From positions 30,698-94,697 of IMG/VR virus record IMGVR_UViG_3300021387_000189: a stretch of DNA of 64,000 nt; one strand, 5' to 3'. Both the position numbers and the translations under genes were made by a program. The notes under the pieces were generated by a model, which was not told the DNA's origin, did no database searches, and worked only from the letters and a program-made list of their open reading frames with translations. Origin of the DNA: a virus. Its lineage: Duplodnaviria; Caudoviricetes. Positions within the stretch are counted from its first letter, which is position 1; every line of letters starts with the position of its first letter. This document shows, piece after piece, positions 1 to 9,810 of the stretch.

Positions 1-1297
1 CTTTGCTAATGACTCTCTTTCCTAGTCCTAAAGAAGTGACTGACTCATTCAATTCACTGAAAATGTCTTTTATAGTAAGATAATCATATTCTTCAACTTT
101 TCTAGATACAAATTCTAAGAAATCAACAATCTCTTCATGCCCAGCTCTTATTACAGACACTACAAAATCTGAATAGTCATCTATGATATTATTGATGAAG
201 TTGTCTTTAGCTTTTAGTGTCCCATGCAGGAAATTGGCCATCAATATAGAGCCTCTAAGAACTTCTAAATGTTTTGATGTGATGTTTAGAATAGTTCCAT
301 ACTCTCCAAGACAAAGCCATAGCTCATTCTTTCCTCTCACAAACACTCCACTTCCTTGGTCTTTGCCAGTGGATTGCATATGCTTGAAGATGAGGTCATT
401 CGTAGACTTCATAGAGTCAATCAAGTCTGCATAGTGAGCTCTTGAATAGCAGCAAATCAGATTCTTGACAACTTTCTTGTAATTTGCATAAGAAATCTCT
501 TCTATTGCGTCTCTCTTTTCATATTTCTTCTGTACTCTGCCTGCTAGTCCAATGCTTGACAATGTCTCATTGACCTTTGGATAGTTGTCAAGATGTCTGA
601 TTTCTTCCACTTTCCTGATAGCTGCACTAGCCACCATCCTAAGAGACAAGAACAGATTAGACACACTAAGCCTGTAGCAGTATCCTATTGGGTTTCCAGA
701 AATTCTAAAGTAGTCTATAGAGTCTTTGCTATTCACTATCAAGTGCTCTTGAGATGACAGTGCTTTGATCTCATCTTCACTATACATCTCTTCCATAAGA
801 GCAAGCTGACCAGCATAGTCTCCACCAAATATTCTTGAAGACATAGATCTCACTAATGTGTAGAAGAACCACTCACACTCGTTCTTCTCTAAGAAGTAAG
901 GAATATTGACATCTGCTTGTTCTTTGTGTTCAGTGTTAGGATACTTAAACCTTTCTGAATGTTTGTTGATTGCTTTCTGTAAAGCATCTTTGCTGAGAAC
1001 TAACACTGTGGCATACAGTTTGTCATTGTTCTTAGATGCTGTTGTCAGATTCCACTCAGGACATGTGAAAGCTATTCTTCTAGCAATAAAAGGTCCTTTC
1101 CAGTCATTGCTAGTCACTTTCCATCTTTTTGACTTGTCTATTGTCTTGAGAAGTCTCTTGATTTCTGTCTCACATTGTGAATCATCTATGAGGTCTAAGT
1201 CTTCAGTTCTGTTTCCTGCAGCTTTTTCTTCATATCGTTTAGATATTTTCTTAGAAAGACCAATCTTATATAGCTTGTATTCCTTGTCAAAGTCCAT
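1..1297 (-). CDS. Partial modular protein with three LGL tags (putative internal virion polyprotein); runs off the left edge, not in the ORF track
   Basis: Manual translation from ATG 1297 (alternative ATG 1336) is open to base 1: MDFDKEYKLYKIGLSKKISKRYEE...PKVNETLSSIGLAGRVQKKYEKRDAIEE...ELNESVTSLGLGKRVISK. ATAAATA on the minus strand at 1336-1342. Confidence 0.85.
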   Translation of the reverse strand, partial: MDFDKEYKLYKIGLSKKISKRYEEKAAGNRTEDLDLIDDSQCETEIKRLLKTIDKSKRWKVTSNDWKGPFIARRIAFTCPEWNLTTASKNNDKLYATVLVLSKDALQKAINKHSERFKYPNTEHKEQADVNIPYFLEKNECEWFFYTLVRSMSSRIFGGDYAGQLALMEEMYSEDEIKALSSQEHLIVNSKDSIDYFRISGNPIGYCYRLSVSNLFLSLRMVASAAIRKVEEIRHLDNYPKVNETLSSIGLAGRVQKKYEKRDAIEEISYANYKKVVKNLICCYSRAHYADLIDSMKSTNDLIFKHMQSTGKDQGSGVFVRGKNELWLCLGEYGTILNITSKHLEVLRGSILMANFLHGTLKAKDNFINNIIDDYSDFVVSVIRAGHEEIVDFLEFVSRKVEEYDYLTIKDIFSELNESVTSLGLGKRVISK

Positions 1298-1350
1298 CAG
1301 AATCAATAAATAAGCCAAATATTTGGGATTTTCCATATTTATCGAAGGAC

Positions 1351-1914
1351 ATGAATCTGAGATCCTCATACAAGAACAGGAACAAGCCAGACTTGAGAGA
1401 GAATGCTAAGTGGCAGCAAGGATACTTCTATCCAACTAACAAGGAGAAGTGCTTGTCACAAGTGAACATTTTCAGGTCAAGCTGGGAAGAGCACTTCATG
1501 AAGTGGTGTGACAGGAATCCAAACATAGTCCAGTGGGCTAGTGAGCCTATAGCTGTCAAGTACAGGAACCCGGTCTCTAACTTAGAGTATTGCAAGAAGA
1601 ACAACCTTGATCCTAGAGATCCAAGAAATTGGAAAGTATCTAACTACTACACTGACTTCTGGATTTCTATCAAAGGCAGGGATGGAAGTGTGAAGAAAGT
1701 GTTCATAGAGATCAAGCCTTACTCTCAGACACTTGCTCCTGAACCTATTGCTCCAAGTGCCCCTCTTAAAGAGCAGAAGGCGTACTGCAGAGCTGCTCAG
1801 ACATTCTTGATGAACAAAGCCAAGTGGGAAGCCGCAAAGAAATACTTCAATGAGCGAGGAGCGGAGTTCAGTGTGTTCACTGAGCGTACTCTAGAGAAGC
1901 TAGGATGTCTCTGA
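1351..1914 (+). CDS. Head completion nuclease, T4 gp4-like (TnsA N-terminal endonuclease fold)
   Basis: FRSSWE..FMKWCD.NP.IVQWASE, YYTDF, IEIKP..QT and NKAKWEAA motifs; ATAAATA at 1306-1312. Confidence 0.85.
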   Translation: MNLRSSYKNRNKPDLRENAKWQQGYFYPTNKEKCLSQVNIFRSSWEEHFMKWCDRNPNIVQWASEPIAVKYRNPVSNLEYCKKNNLDPRDPRNWKVSNYYTDFWISIKGRDGSVKKVFIEIKPYSQTLAPEPIAPSAPLKEQKAYCRAAQTFLMNKAKWEAAKKYFNERGAEFSVFTERTLEKLGCL

Positions 1915-1993
1915 AATCTACCCAAAATTTGACTCTTGAGATCTCATAATAAATATATCACAAAAGCAATTATATCTAGATACAAATAATCGC

Positions 1994-2470
1994 ATGAAGT
2001 CATTCAAAGAAGTCTATAATGCTAGCAAGATGCAAATGCTTGAAGCAAAGAAAACACAGATAGACAATGAGAAGGTCGCACTCTTAGAGGGTATAAAGAC
2101 CGAGTTGTGCATCACTTGCAAACTCAAGGAATTGCCAAAGCAGCGACAGGATCAGGTGCTCAACATGCTGTATGAGTTCTGGTCTCCAAAGAAAGGCATC
2201 AACAAAGCAGGAAAGGCATTCTTAGAAGAAGGCAGGATTGCTATTGACACTAAGTCTTCTGTAGCTAACATAAAGCTGTTTGCACAGAAGGAGGTCAAAG
2301 ACAACATCAATGAGTTTGCTAGGGCTTTTGTAAACAACAGAGGCAAGGAAATAGTACAACGCCTGCAAGAGAACATCCAGCACAGGTGCCAGAAGAAGAT
2401 CATGTTCAAGCCTTTGTTTGAGATGGTGTTCAAGATTGTGTCTGACAAGATTCAGAACGACAACCTGTAG
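1994..2470 (+). CDS. Late hypothetical protein, possible head/internal protein
   Basis: 158-aa ORF after ATAAATA (1949-1955); N-terminus MKSFKEVY...MLEA resembles T4 internal-protein leaders. Confidence 0.6.
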   Translation: MKSFKEVYNASKMQMLEAKKTQIDNEKVALLEGIKTELCITCKLKELPKQRQDQVLNMLYEFWSPKKGINKAGKAFLEEGRIAIDTKSSVANIKLFAQKEVKDNINEFARAFVNNRGKEIVQRLQENIQHRCQKKIMFKPLFEMVFKIVSDKIQNDNL

Positions 2471-2525
2471 TCAAAGAGACCGAAACTTCTTTTCCTTCAT
2501 TCGAGTCCTTCGATAAATTCTTGGC

Positions 2526-2551
2526 AAGCTGTCAGATGACTCTGACAGCTT
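2526..2551. terminator. Intrinsic terminator hairpin between convergent genes
   Basis: AAGCTGTCAGA-tgac-TCTGACAGCTT followed by a T-rich run. Confidence 0.7.
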
Positions 2552-2610
2552 CTTTGTTGTAATATCTGAAATCTTTCCTAGGGACGTTTGTTTCTTAGCT
2601 CTGATAAGAA

Positions 2611-5600
2611 TTAGACCATTCGCTGCAGCATGCCTCTCAGCTCACCTCTAGTAGCATCTGTGACAACAAACCTGATCTCTTCACCAAAGTATGTTGGTGG
2701 AGGTGTTTGCTGAGCAGACACATTCACATTGTTGGTTGATGGCTGAGCAGGCTGAGCAGGCTGTGGGTTTGGATTTTCTTCTGTCTTGATGATGTTAGCA
2801 TCTATCAGCATTTGCATCTGCTGTTGCTGCATCTCCATGAATATTTTGCCAAGCTGCTCTACTTTGTCCATAGAAGACTCATTGACTGCTTTCAATCCAC
2901 TTGATATGACTTGCAGCTTCTTGCCAATAGTGTCAAGGTGAGTAGTGAGGTCTTTGAGCATCCTGTTCCTCTCACCTTCATTCTTCTTGAGCTTCTTCTC
3001 TATCTTGTCAACTGTGTCTTCAAAGTCCTTCCCAAACTTCTTGACGGTCTTTATGCTTGCTTTGATACCAGTGTCAAGCTTAGTCAAGTCAGCAAGAAGC
3101 TTAGCAAGAGTGTTCTCAAAGTTAGAAGTGCCATTGTACAGAGCTTGGTTGATCTCACCTGTAGCTTGTCTGAATATCTCATCTAAGTTCTTTATCTCTC
3201 CAGAAGAAGTCACTACTTGCTTTGTCATTCCTTCAATTGAAGAGATCTTGTTAGCAAACTCTTCTATTGGAAGAGACTTAGTCATCCTGACTTCTAAGAG
3301 CTCAAGCTTAGTCTGCAGCAGATCTATCCCAATATATGAAGATGTAGGTCCAAGACTGTTCAAAGCAGTGACAAGTGCTGCAAGAGCCATGTAGCCTTGA
3401 GCAGAAGCTTTTGTTATTATCCTTGTCACTTTGTGCACTCTGTCTGCTAAGTCTCCATAGTCTTTAGTGTACTGGTCAATAGTACTCTTGTACTTAGCTG
3501 CTGCATCTGGCAATGTAGCAGACATCAGTGTAGCAAGGTTGCTCAAGAACTCTTTCTCTTGCTGGCCAGCTTTAGTCATGTCAAGACTTCCAAAGTTGTT
3601 GATGACTTTAGCAGCAGCAAGTATGATAGCAGCATTTGTCTTCAACCTAGAGAGTTCTTTCTTCTTCTCATCAGTTGCAAAGGATGTAATTTCTGATGAT
3701 GAGAAGCTACTAGCAAAGTACACTATAGCACTAGACACTTTGAGCGTGATTGAGTCATAGTCTGTCTTGACATCAAACTCTTTCATCATCTTGCCCCATT
3801 CCCCAACAGGCTTAGCAACACCAAGTATGCTCTTCAAAGCTTTGACTACTCCTGGGACATCTTTCTCTATAGACACTAAGCCATCTCTGAGAGTAGTCAC
3901 GAACTTTGTGATTGATGTTGCAAGTGTTCCTGCAATGACAGGATATAGATCTTCGGTCTTGACAAGCTCACCATTCTTCCTCATGAAGATTGGCTTTCCA
4001 TTCTTGTCATATCCTTCAATGACAAACAAGTTGTCAGATATGACTTTAGAGAAATTGCTAAGTCCAACCATCAAGTCTTTCAACCCACCTTTGCTCAAGT
4101 GCATCAGTACTTCTTCAGCTTCAGGAGCTATTCCATTCAAGCCATCTCTCAAGCCAACTATAAATGTAGTCAATGATGACACTAGAGTGCTAGCAGCATC
4201 ACCATACATCTCTTTAGAGACTGTCTTGTAGATTGGCTTCCCATTCTTGTCATAGCTGTCAACATATCTTCCAGTAGCAAGCTTCAGTATAGAGTCAACA
4301 AATGATGACACTCCTTTCATGAGAGGCTTCATCACTTTAGAGATGCTCTCCATTGTCTCAACTTGTTCTGGCTGGAGCTGAGCCATGCTCTCCCCAAGCA
4401 CTCTCAAGAACACATTGAACCAAATCACTACACTCTTTGCAGCAGCACTGAAGTCATCAGGACTCACTTGTTTTGTCACTTTGAATGAGTCTTCAATTCC
4501 AACAGAAACTGTGCCTGTAGTGAGCACCATCACAGCATCAACAAACTTAGAGACTGAGTCCATGATTGGAACTATTGCTTCAGACAAGCTCTTTATAGCT
4601 TTCCTCTGTGTGTACTTCATTCCTTCTGTACCAGAAATCAGAGCTTCTAAGAATCTCAAGAAATTTCCAGTTATTGCATCTGCAGCCGCTATGAATCTAG
4701 GTTCTGAAACCACTTCAGTCCTTTGATTTCCTTCTTCATCTGTTGTGGTGTATGTACCAGTTGCCATAGCCATAATAGCATCAACGAACTTGCCAACTGA
4801 GTCCATGACAGGAGACAGAGACTTTGCAATAGAGTTGATAGATGCTTGTGCAGAGTAGCTCAAGCCATCAGCACCTTTGCCAAGTTCTGTTATAAACTTT
4901 CCGAACGCTTCACTTACAGCATTTGCAGCTTTAGTGAAATCTCCAGGCTCCACTCTCTTCTTAATTTCCTCTCCATCATCTCCAGTCATTGTGTATGTTC
5001 CAGTAATGAGCTTCATGATAGCATCTACAAATGTGCCTACAGATTGCATGATAGGACCTATTGAAGTAGACAAGTAAGAGATTGTCATAGCCACAAGACC
5101 ACCAGTGATGAATTTCCCTCCCCAGCTTCCGCTTCCTCCAAGCTTCCTGAATCCTGCAGCAAGTCCTTCAATGAACATCTGGAATCCGCCAGCTACAGTT
5201 GCAGCAGCTAACCCAAATACCCCTGGGTCAACTCTCTCATATATAGGCTTGCCTTTCTCATCATAGCCCGATATGAACTTCATAGTTGCTACCTGCTCTA
5301 CTATGTCTACAAACTCTCCAATTGTCCATATGAGTCCTAGCAATGGACCTGTGAATATGCCCATCACTATAGCCAGCAATGCTCCAGCAGGAGCCCAGCC
5401 TTTGACTAAGCTTGCCAGGAATCCACTGAATGCCCCACCAATCTCTCCACCTGCACTCTCAAGGTTGCCATACTCATCTTTGAGCTTCTTCCACCTTGAG
5501 ACAGTTGTGATGAATAAGTTAATGACTCCCATGAGTCCTGCTAAGATAATTTCTAGTGCGGCCATCCCACCTAGTATTGCAGCCCCAAAACCAGATGTCA

Positions 5601-8307
5601 CTACAAGAGTAGAGATCACACCAAAGACTCCTCCTGCACCTAGCATTGCAAACAAGACATTTGCAAAAGAATCCAAGTCTTTTTCGTTGACACTTTTTGC
5701 TTTCTTAGCAACATGTATAGTGTAGTCTACTATTCCTATCAGCCCTGCAAGGCATATAGTCAATATTGCTATGCCAGCTGTACTCCTAGTATCTAGAATA
5801 TACTTTTGTATAGCTGCAAGAGCTGTCAATATAGCAAGTTCTCCAACAAGGACTGTGATCAAGTTGCCAAACAATGGCTTCAGACCTCCATTCTCTTGGA
5901 TAGCTTGATTCAGATACTGAGACAGTTTCACTAGTGCTATGATGTTGAGCTCTAGGCCTATCATCACTGCAAGCAGCCACACTAAGTTCTTGATGGAGCT
6001 CTCTACTCCAGGAATCTTAGATATAGCAGCAAGTATTCCTACAACTAAAATCTCTCCTACAAGTATAGCAAGAAGCATGCCTACATGACTCCATCCTATA
6101 GCAGACATCTCTATGAGCTTAGCAATGCCAATGAACAATATCATGTTGATAGCAAGTCCAGCAATAGCTAAGTTGAGCATCATGATATTGTTGAGGTTCT
6201 CTCTAGAAATCAATCCTACTTTGTTAGCAACCCATATCAATCCAAGAACTGCTAGCCCAGCAGCAACAACAAGTCCTATAGCCAGATAGTGGTCTGCAGT
6301 TATATTCACTGCTAAGGTCCCAGCAATGGACACCATCAAGATGCTCAATCCAATAGCTGCTATAGCTACAGTGAATGCTTCTATAGCTTGAATAGTCTCT
6401 TTCTGTCCTCCAACCCTCAAAGCTAGTGACACACCAAGGATGACACCTGTCATTGCTAGAATCACAAGTCCAGTCTTAGTGAGCCACTCATTTGGTATAG
6501 TAGCAGCTATGAATGATGTCACATACACTAATGCCATAGAGAACATCAGATTCTTGAAGAGCAGACCTAAGTTCTCTGAGACCTTTATGCCATCTTCTAC
6601 AAGTCCTTTAGCCTTTCCAAGAAGAGCAGCAACACCTATTGCTGCAGCAATCACTATGCCATATATTGCAAGAGTAGTCCCAATGTCTCCCCATCCTACT
6701 TCTCTTATCACTAGAGCCGACAAGCTGAGTATGAACACCGCTCCACTTAGTGCAAGAAGCATGTTTGAGATCTCTTTAGCAGCATTGACTCCTTCAGGGT
6801 CAAACTTAGAAGCAAGCATAGACAAGCCAACTACACCTCCTACAAGAGAAGCTAAGAATACAAATGTAGCAAACACATCACCAGCACCTACACTCCTTAT
6901 GACTAGTGCAGCACCTGCAAGTATGACTATTCCAAGACACAGGTTCATTATTGTCTTGTTGACAAACTCTGTGAACTTAGTCAGATTCTTAGGATCTACA
7001 TTGTTAGTAGCTTCTACAATGCCTTTCAACAAGTACTTGATTCCAACAACAATAGCAGCCATCACTGCTAGTGTCTTCAGTGGCTCAAACTGAATCAAGA
7101 CTAGAGACATCAAGCCAATGCCCATTGCACAAAGAGTCAAGTCTTTCACAAGATGAGATATGCTTCCAATAGTCTTAGACAGCTGCTTGTTAGACATTGT
7201 CTCTTCAACTTCTGCAATGACATCTATGAATCCTTTGATGAATGAGGCAATCTTCCTTCCTCTCTTCTCTGAGTATACCAAGCTTGCTGCAAGCACTCCA
7301 GCCATGAACTTAGCACTTGCAAGTGTGTCTATCATCTTGATGACCGCTTGCACTCCTTGCACTGCATTGCTAGCATTAGGATTGTAGAAAGCTCTCTGCA
7401 CATCAGGATCTGTCATTCCAACAGCAATGTTCTTCAAGAAAGTCACCATTGCTTTGTCAATTCCCATCCTAAGAGCAACATGAGCAATGCCTATTCTCCT
7501 GAGGACTTTGTCTTGAGTGAAGAAGTTCAATAGCTGCAATACAGCATCTATGCCCCTTGTGTCTTGTATCTTCTTCTCTGGGTCAGACAAGAATGCATTC
7601 TTGATTTCAGGATCATTGAATATGCTAGATATAGTAATCAAGAACTTCTTCAAGTCATCAGCAAGTGTAGTTCCTCCAAACCCTAAGAAACCACCTTCTT
7701 TAGAGCTGAGTGCTTTCTGAGCAGCTTTCAGCCTCTTGTGCAAGTCAGGAGATGATACAAAGCTCAAGAACTTGTCAAATGGTGTGATGTCAAACTTGCT
7801 GAAGTCTCCTGCACCATTCATTGCATTACTAATCTCAGTAATGAAGTCTGTAATAGATTTTGCAGCAGTCTTGCCGAACTTGCTAAAGTCTCCTGCACCA
7901 TTCATTGCATTGCTGATTTCTGTGATGAAGTCTGCTACTGATCTAGCTGTAGTCTTGTCAAGCTTCTTCAGATTCTCAATGTTTGGTATTGAGGCAAGAA
8001 GAGAGATGAAGTTCACAAAGTTTGTGAATGAGCCTTGAGGTCCCATGACATCTAGATTCTCAAAGTCTCTAAGCTGGCCATTGAGCATCTCAAAAGAGTT
8101 AGCTACTTTAGCTATCTTGTTGTCAAGACTTGAGTCTTCAGATATAGCCTTGATGAGAGACAGCGAGTCACCAGAGACAACTATCTCAATCTTTGTCTCT
8201 TGTGAAGTCTCTCTTTCTCTTGCTTCTGTTGGCTTGTTGTTCTGGTAGATTGCTGCTAGAGCGCCATACAAAGCTTCCTGAAGCTCTCTCTTGAGTTGCT
8301 CATCCAT
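2611..8307 (-). CDS. Tape-measure-like protein (1898 aa)
   Basis: Very long Ala/Gly/Leu-rich helical protein with a central hydrophobic block, ~80-aa repeats (V.xFVDA.M.L.TG) and a coiled-coil C-terminus; ATAAATA at 8315-8321. Confidence 0.7.
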   Translation of the reverse strand: MDEQLKRELQEALYGALAAIYQNNKPTEARERETSQETKIEIVVSGDSLSLIKAISEDSSLDNKIAKVANSFEMLNGQLRDFENLDVMGPQGSFTNFVNFISLLASIPNIENLKKLDKTTARSVADFITEISNAMNGAGDFSKFGKTAAKSITDFITEISNAMNGAGDFSKFDITPFDKFLSFVSSPDLHKRLKAAQKALSSKEGGFLGFGGTTLADDLKKFLITISSIFNDPEIKNAFLSDPEKKIQDTRGIDAVLQLLNFFTQDKVLRRIGIAHVALRMGIDKAMVTFLKNIAVGMTDPDVQRAFYNPNASNAVQGVQAVIKMIDTLASAKFMAGVLAASLVYSEKRGRKIASFIKGFIDVIAEVEETMSNKQLSKTIGSISHLVKDLTLCAMGIGLMSLVLIQFEPLKTLAVMAAIVVGIKYLLKGIVEATNNVDPKNLTKFTEFVNKTIMNLCLGIVILAGAALVIRSVGAGDVFATFVFLASLVGGVVGLSMLASKFDPEGVNAAKEISNMLLALSGAVFILSLSALVIREVGWGDIGTTLAIYGIVIAAAIGVAALLGKAKGLVEDGIKVSENLGLLFKNLMFSMALVYVTSFIAATIPNEWLTKTGLVILAMTGVILGVSLALRVGGQKETIQAIEAFTVAIAAIGLSILMVSIAGTLAVNITADHYLAIGLVVAAGLAVLGLIWVANKVGLISRENLNNIMMLNLAIAGLAINMILFIGIAKLIEMSAIGWSHVGMLLAILVGEILVVGILAAISKIPGVESSIKNLVWLLAVMIGLELNIIALVKLSQYLNQAIQENGGLKPLFGNLITVLVGELAILTALAAIQKYILDTRSTAGIAILTICLAGLIGIVDYTIHVAKKAKSVNEKDLDSFANVLFAMLGAGGVFGVISTLVVTSGFGAAILGGMAALEIILAGLMGVINLFITTVSRWKKLKDEYGNLESAGGEIGGAFSGFLASLVKGWAPAGALLAIVMGIFTGPLLGLIWTIGEFVDIVEQVATMKFISGYDEKGKPIYERVDPGVFGLAAATVAGGFQMFIEGLAAGFRKLGGSGSWGGKFITGGLVAMTISYLSTSIGPIMQSVGTFVDAIMKLITGTYTMTGDDGEEIKKRVEPGDFTKAANAVSEAFGKFITELGKGADGLSYSAQASINSIAKSLSPVMDSVGKFVDAIMAMATGTYTTTDEEGNQRTEVVSEPRFIAAADAITGNFLRFLEALISGTEGMKYTQRKAIKSLSEAIVPIMDSVSKFVDAVMVLTTGTVSVGIEDSFKVTKQVSPDDFSAAAKSVVIWFNVFLRVLGESMAQLQPEQVETMESISKVMKPLMKGVSSFVDSILKLATGRYVDSYDKNGKPIYKTVSKEMYGDAASTLVSSLTTFIVGLRDGLNGIAPEAEEVLMHLSKGGLKDLMVGLSNFSKVISDNLFVIEGYDKNGKPIFMRKNGELVKTEDLYPVIAGTLATSITKFVTTLRDGLVSIEKDVPGVVKALKSILGVAKPVGEWGKMMKEFDVKTDYDSITLKVSSAIVYFASSFSSSEITSFATDEKKKELSRLKTNAAIILAAAKVINNFGSLDMTKAGQQEKEFLSNLATLMSATLPDAAAKYKSTIDQYTKDYGDLADRVHKVTRIITKASAQGYMALAALVTALNSLGPTSSYIGIDLLQTKLELLEVRMTKSLPIEEFANKISSIEGMTKQVVTSSGEIKNLDEIFRQATGEINQALYNGTSNFENTLAKLLADLTKLDTGIKASIKTVKKFGKDFEDTVDKIEKKLKKNEGERNRMLKDLTTHLDTIGKKLQVISSGLKAVNESSMDKVEQLGKIFMEMQQQQMQMLIDANIIKTEENPNPQPAQPAQPSTNNVNVSAQQTPPPTYFGEEIRFVVTDATRGELRGMLQRMV
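7793..7958 (-). repeat. 84-bp (28-aa) tandem duplication in the tape-measure-like gene
   Basis: DFITEISNAMNGAGDFSKF occurs twice, 84 nt apart. Confidence 0.9.
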
Positions 8308-8356
8308 TGTAGCATATTTATCAACAGATGAGAATAATCCGCTCCTAGAGACAATT

Positions 8357-8419
8357 GTTAAACTATGTTAAACTTTAAGACACAGTTGTCATGTCTTTGC
8401 AGATATTTTTGTATATTTG
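8357..8419 (+). promoter_or_regulatory. Host-type (Bacteroidota) promoter with upstream GTTAA-N5-GTTAA box
   Basis: GTTAA at 8357 and 8367; TATATTTG (TAnnTTTG) at 8412-8419. Confidence 0.7.
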
Positions 8420-8448
8420 CAGCAAATTCATAAATTAAAATATTGTAT

Positions 8449-8697
8449 ATGTATACAGAATTAAATTTTTTGTTTGTGTTAGCTATTCAAGTGATATGGG
8501 TTACTACAATGTTGTATGCTGTAGGTCACTACTTTGAAAGTCAAGAAAAGACATACTTCATAGTCAAAGGATACTTCAAGAAAGGCAGGATTCAAAAAAT
8601 CCTAATATGCATGTTAGCATCAGTGCTCATTGTGGCAGCTATCTATATAATTGTAGATCTCTGCATGTTGGTGCTGGTAATGAATGGCATCCAATAA
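8449..8697 (+). CDS. Small protein with two transmembrane segments
   Basis: Two hydrophobic segments; first gene after the host-type promoter. Confidence 0.6.
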   Translation: MYTELNFLFVLAIQVIWVTTMLYAVGHYFESQEKTYFIVKGYFKKGRIQKILICMLASVLIVAAIYIIVDLCMLVLVMNGIQ

Positions 8698-8764
8698 TGT
8701 TGTTGAGATGTTAAATGTTGTTAATATGCAAATTATACAATATCACTTCAAATATAACTAGCAT

Positions 8765-9427
8765 ATGCTTACAGAAACTCAAATACAGCAAAACAAGCAA
8801 GAGTTCTTAGCAGAGATCTCTAAAGTTAGCCGTCCAGGATTAGACAAGCTTGTAGAGTGGCTCAGCAGTCCAGACCCTAAAGACTGTGACTTCTTCATAG
8901 CTCCAAGCTCAACTTTGTATCATGGCAACTACAAAGGAGGCCTTTGTGAGCATAGCTTGAATGTCTTGAAGTGCTTGCGAAAGCTTGTGCCAATGTACAA
9001 CGAGCTTGTAGAAGCTAAAGGCAAGAAGCCAGCAAAGATAACCGAAGAAGAGATGATTGTAACTGCTCTCTTGCATGACTTGTGCAAGACCCAGTTCTAC
9101 ATTGATGTAGTGAAGTCTTTCAAGAAAGAAGATGGGACCTGGATAAAGTACAACGGGTATGACATCAATGACAGATTCCCATTTGGACATGGAGAGAAGT
9201 CTTGTTTCTTGATTCAGCGATTCATGTTGCTGACTGGAATTGAAGCTCTTGCTATAAGATGGCATATGGGATTTGCAGAAGTAGGCAATATCCTTGACTA
9301 TACGCACAAGAGTGCATTCAACAAAGCCTGGGATATCTGTCCTCTTGCATACTTGCTTCATCTAGCGGACTCAATGTCCTCTTTCTTGATAGAAGACAAA
9401 GTATCTCCAGAGACAATGAAGATATGA
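8765..9427 (+). CDS. HD-domain phosphohydrolase
   Basis: YHGNYKGGLCEHS...LLHDLCK...GHGEKS...IRWHMG...LHLAD. Confidence 0.85.
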   Translation: MLTETQIQQNKQEFLAEISKVSRPGLDKLVEWLSSPDPKDCDFFIAPSSTLYHGNYKGGLCEHSLNVLKCLRKLVPMYNELVEAKGKKPAKITEEEMIVTALLHDLCKTQFYIDVVKSFKKEDGTWIKYNGYDINDRFPFGHGEKSCFLIQRFMLLTGIEALAIRWHMGFAEVGNILDYTHKSAFNKAWDICPLAYLLHLADSMSSFLIEDKVSPETMKI

Positions 9428-9780
9428 ACATAGATAGCAATTTTGCAAGTCCTGAAAGAAAAACTATCTCACAACTTAGAGAAGAGTTTTCTTCTAAGGT
9501 TGTCAAAGATGCTTTTCTTGACAAGGCTATACAAAGCTTGTCTGAGTCTGATTATGAGACTTTGACTATAGTCTTGTCTAACATAAAGAAATTTGGAGCT
9601 ACAGGGTGTACAAGCATTGACCTAGAGATGTTGTTTGAAGATCATCCTTCAATTAAAACTGCTGATGATATAGAGTCAAGAGGAGGGAGATTCGTAAGAA
9701 AGCATGTAACGCTATTAGAAGCATTAGGATATCAAGTAGAAGGACTATTTTCAAACCAAATAAGAGTTAAAATATACTAA
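9424..9780 (+). CDS. Hypothetical protein
   Basis: ATGA overlap with the upstream gene; 118 aa. Confidence 0.7.
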   Translation: MNIDSNFASPERKTISQLREEFSSKVVKDAFLDKAIQSLSESDYETLTIVLSNIKKFGATGCTSIDLEMLFEDHPSIKTADDIESRGGRFVRKHVTLLEALGYQVEGLFSNQIRVKIY

Positions 9781-9810
9781 ATATACTAAATACACTCTCA
9801 ATAATACAAG

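Noticed and set aside
183-1313. Plus-strand ORFs 183..434 and 906..1313
   Set aside because: Antisense shadows of the long minus-strand ORF <1..1297.
1351-1914. Tn7 TnsA transposase or mobile element
   Set aside because: Same fold, but motifs and late-promoter context fit a gp4 head completion protein; no other transposition genes or element ends.
2911-8248. Many plus-strand ORFs inside the tape-measure-like gene, and similar ones opposite other long genes
   Set aside because: Antisense shadows produced by codon bias; Ser/Leu/Phe-rich with no motifs or promoters.
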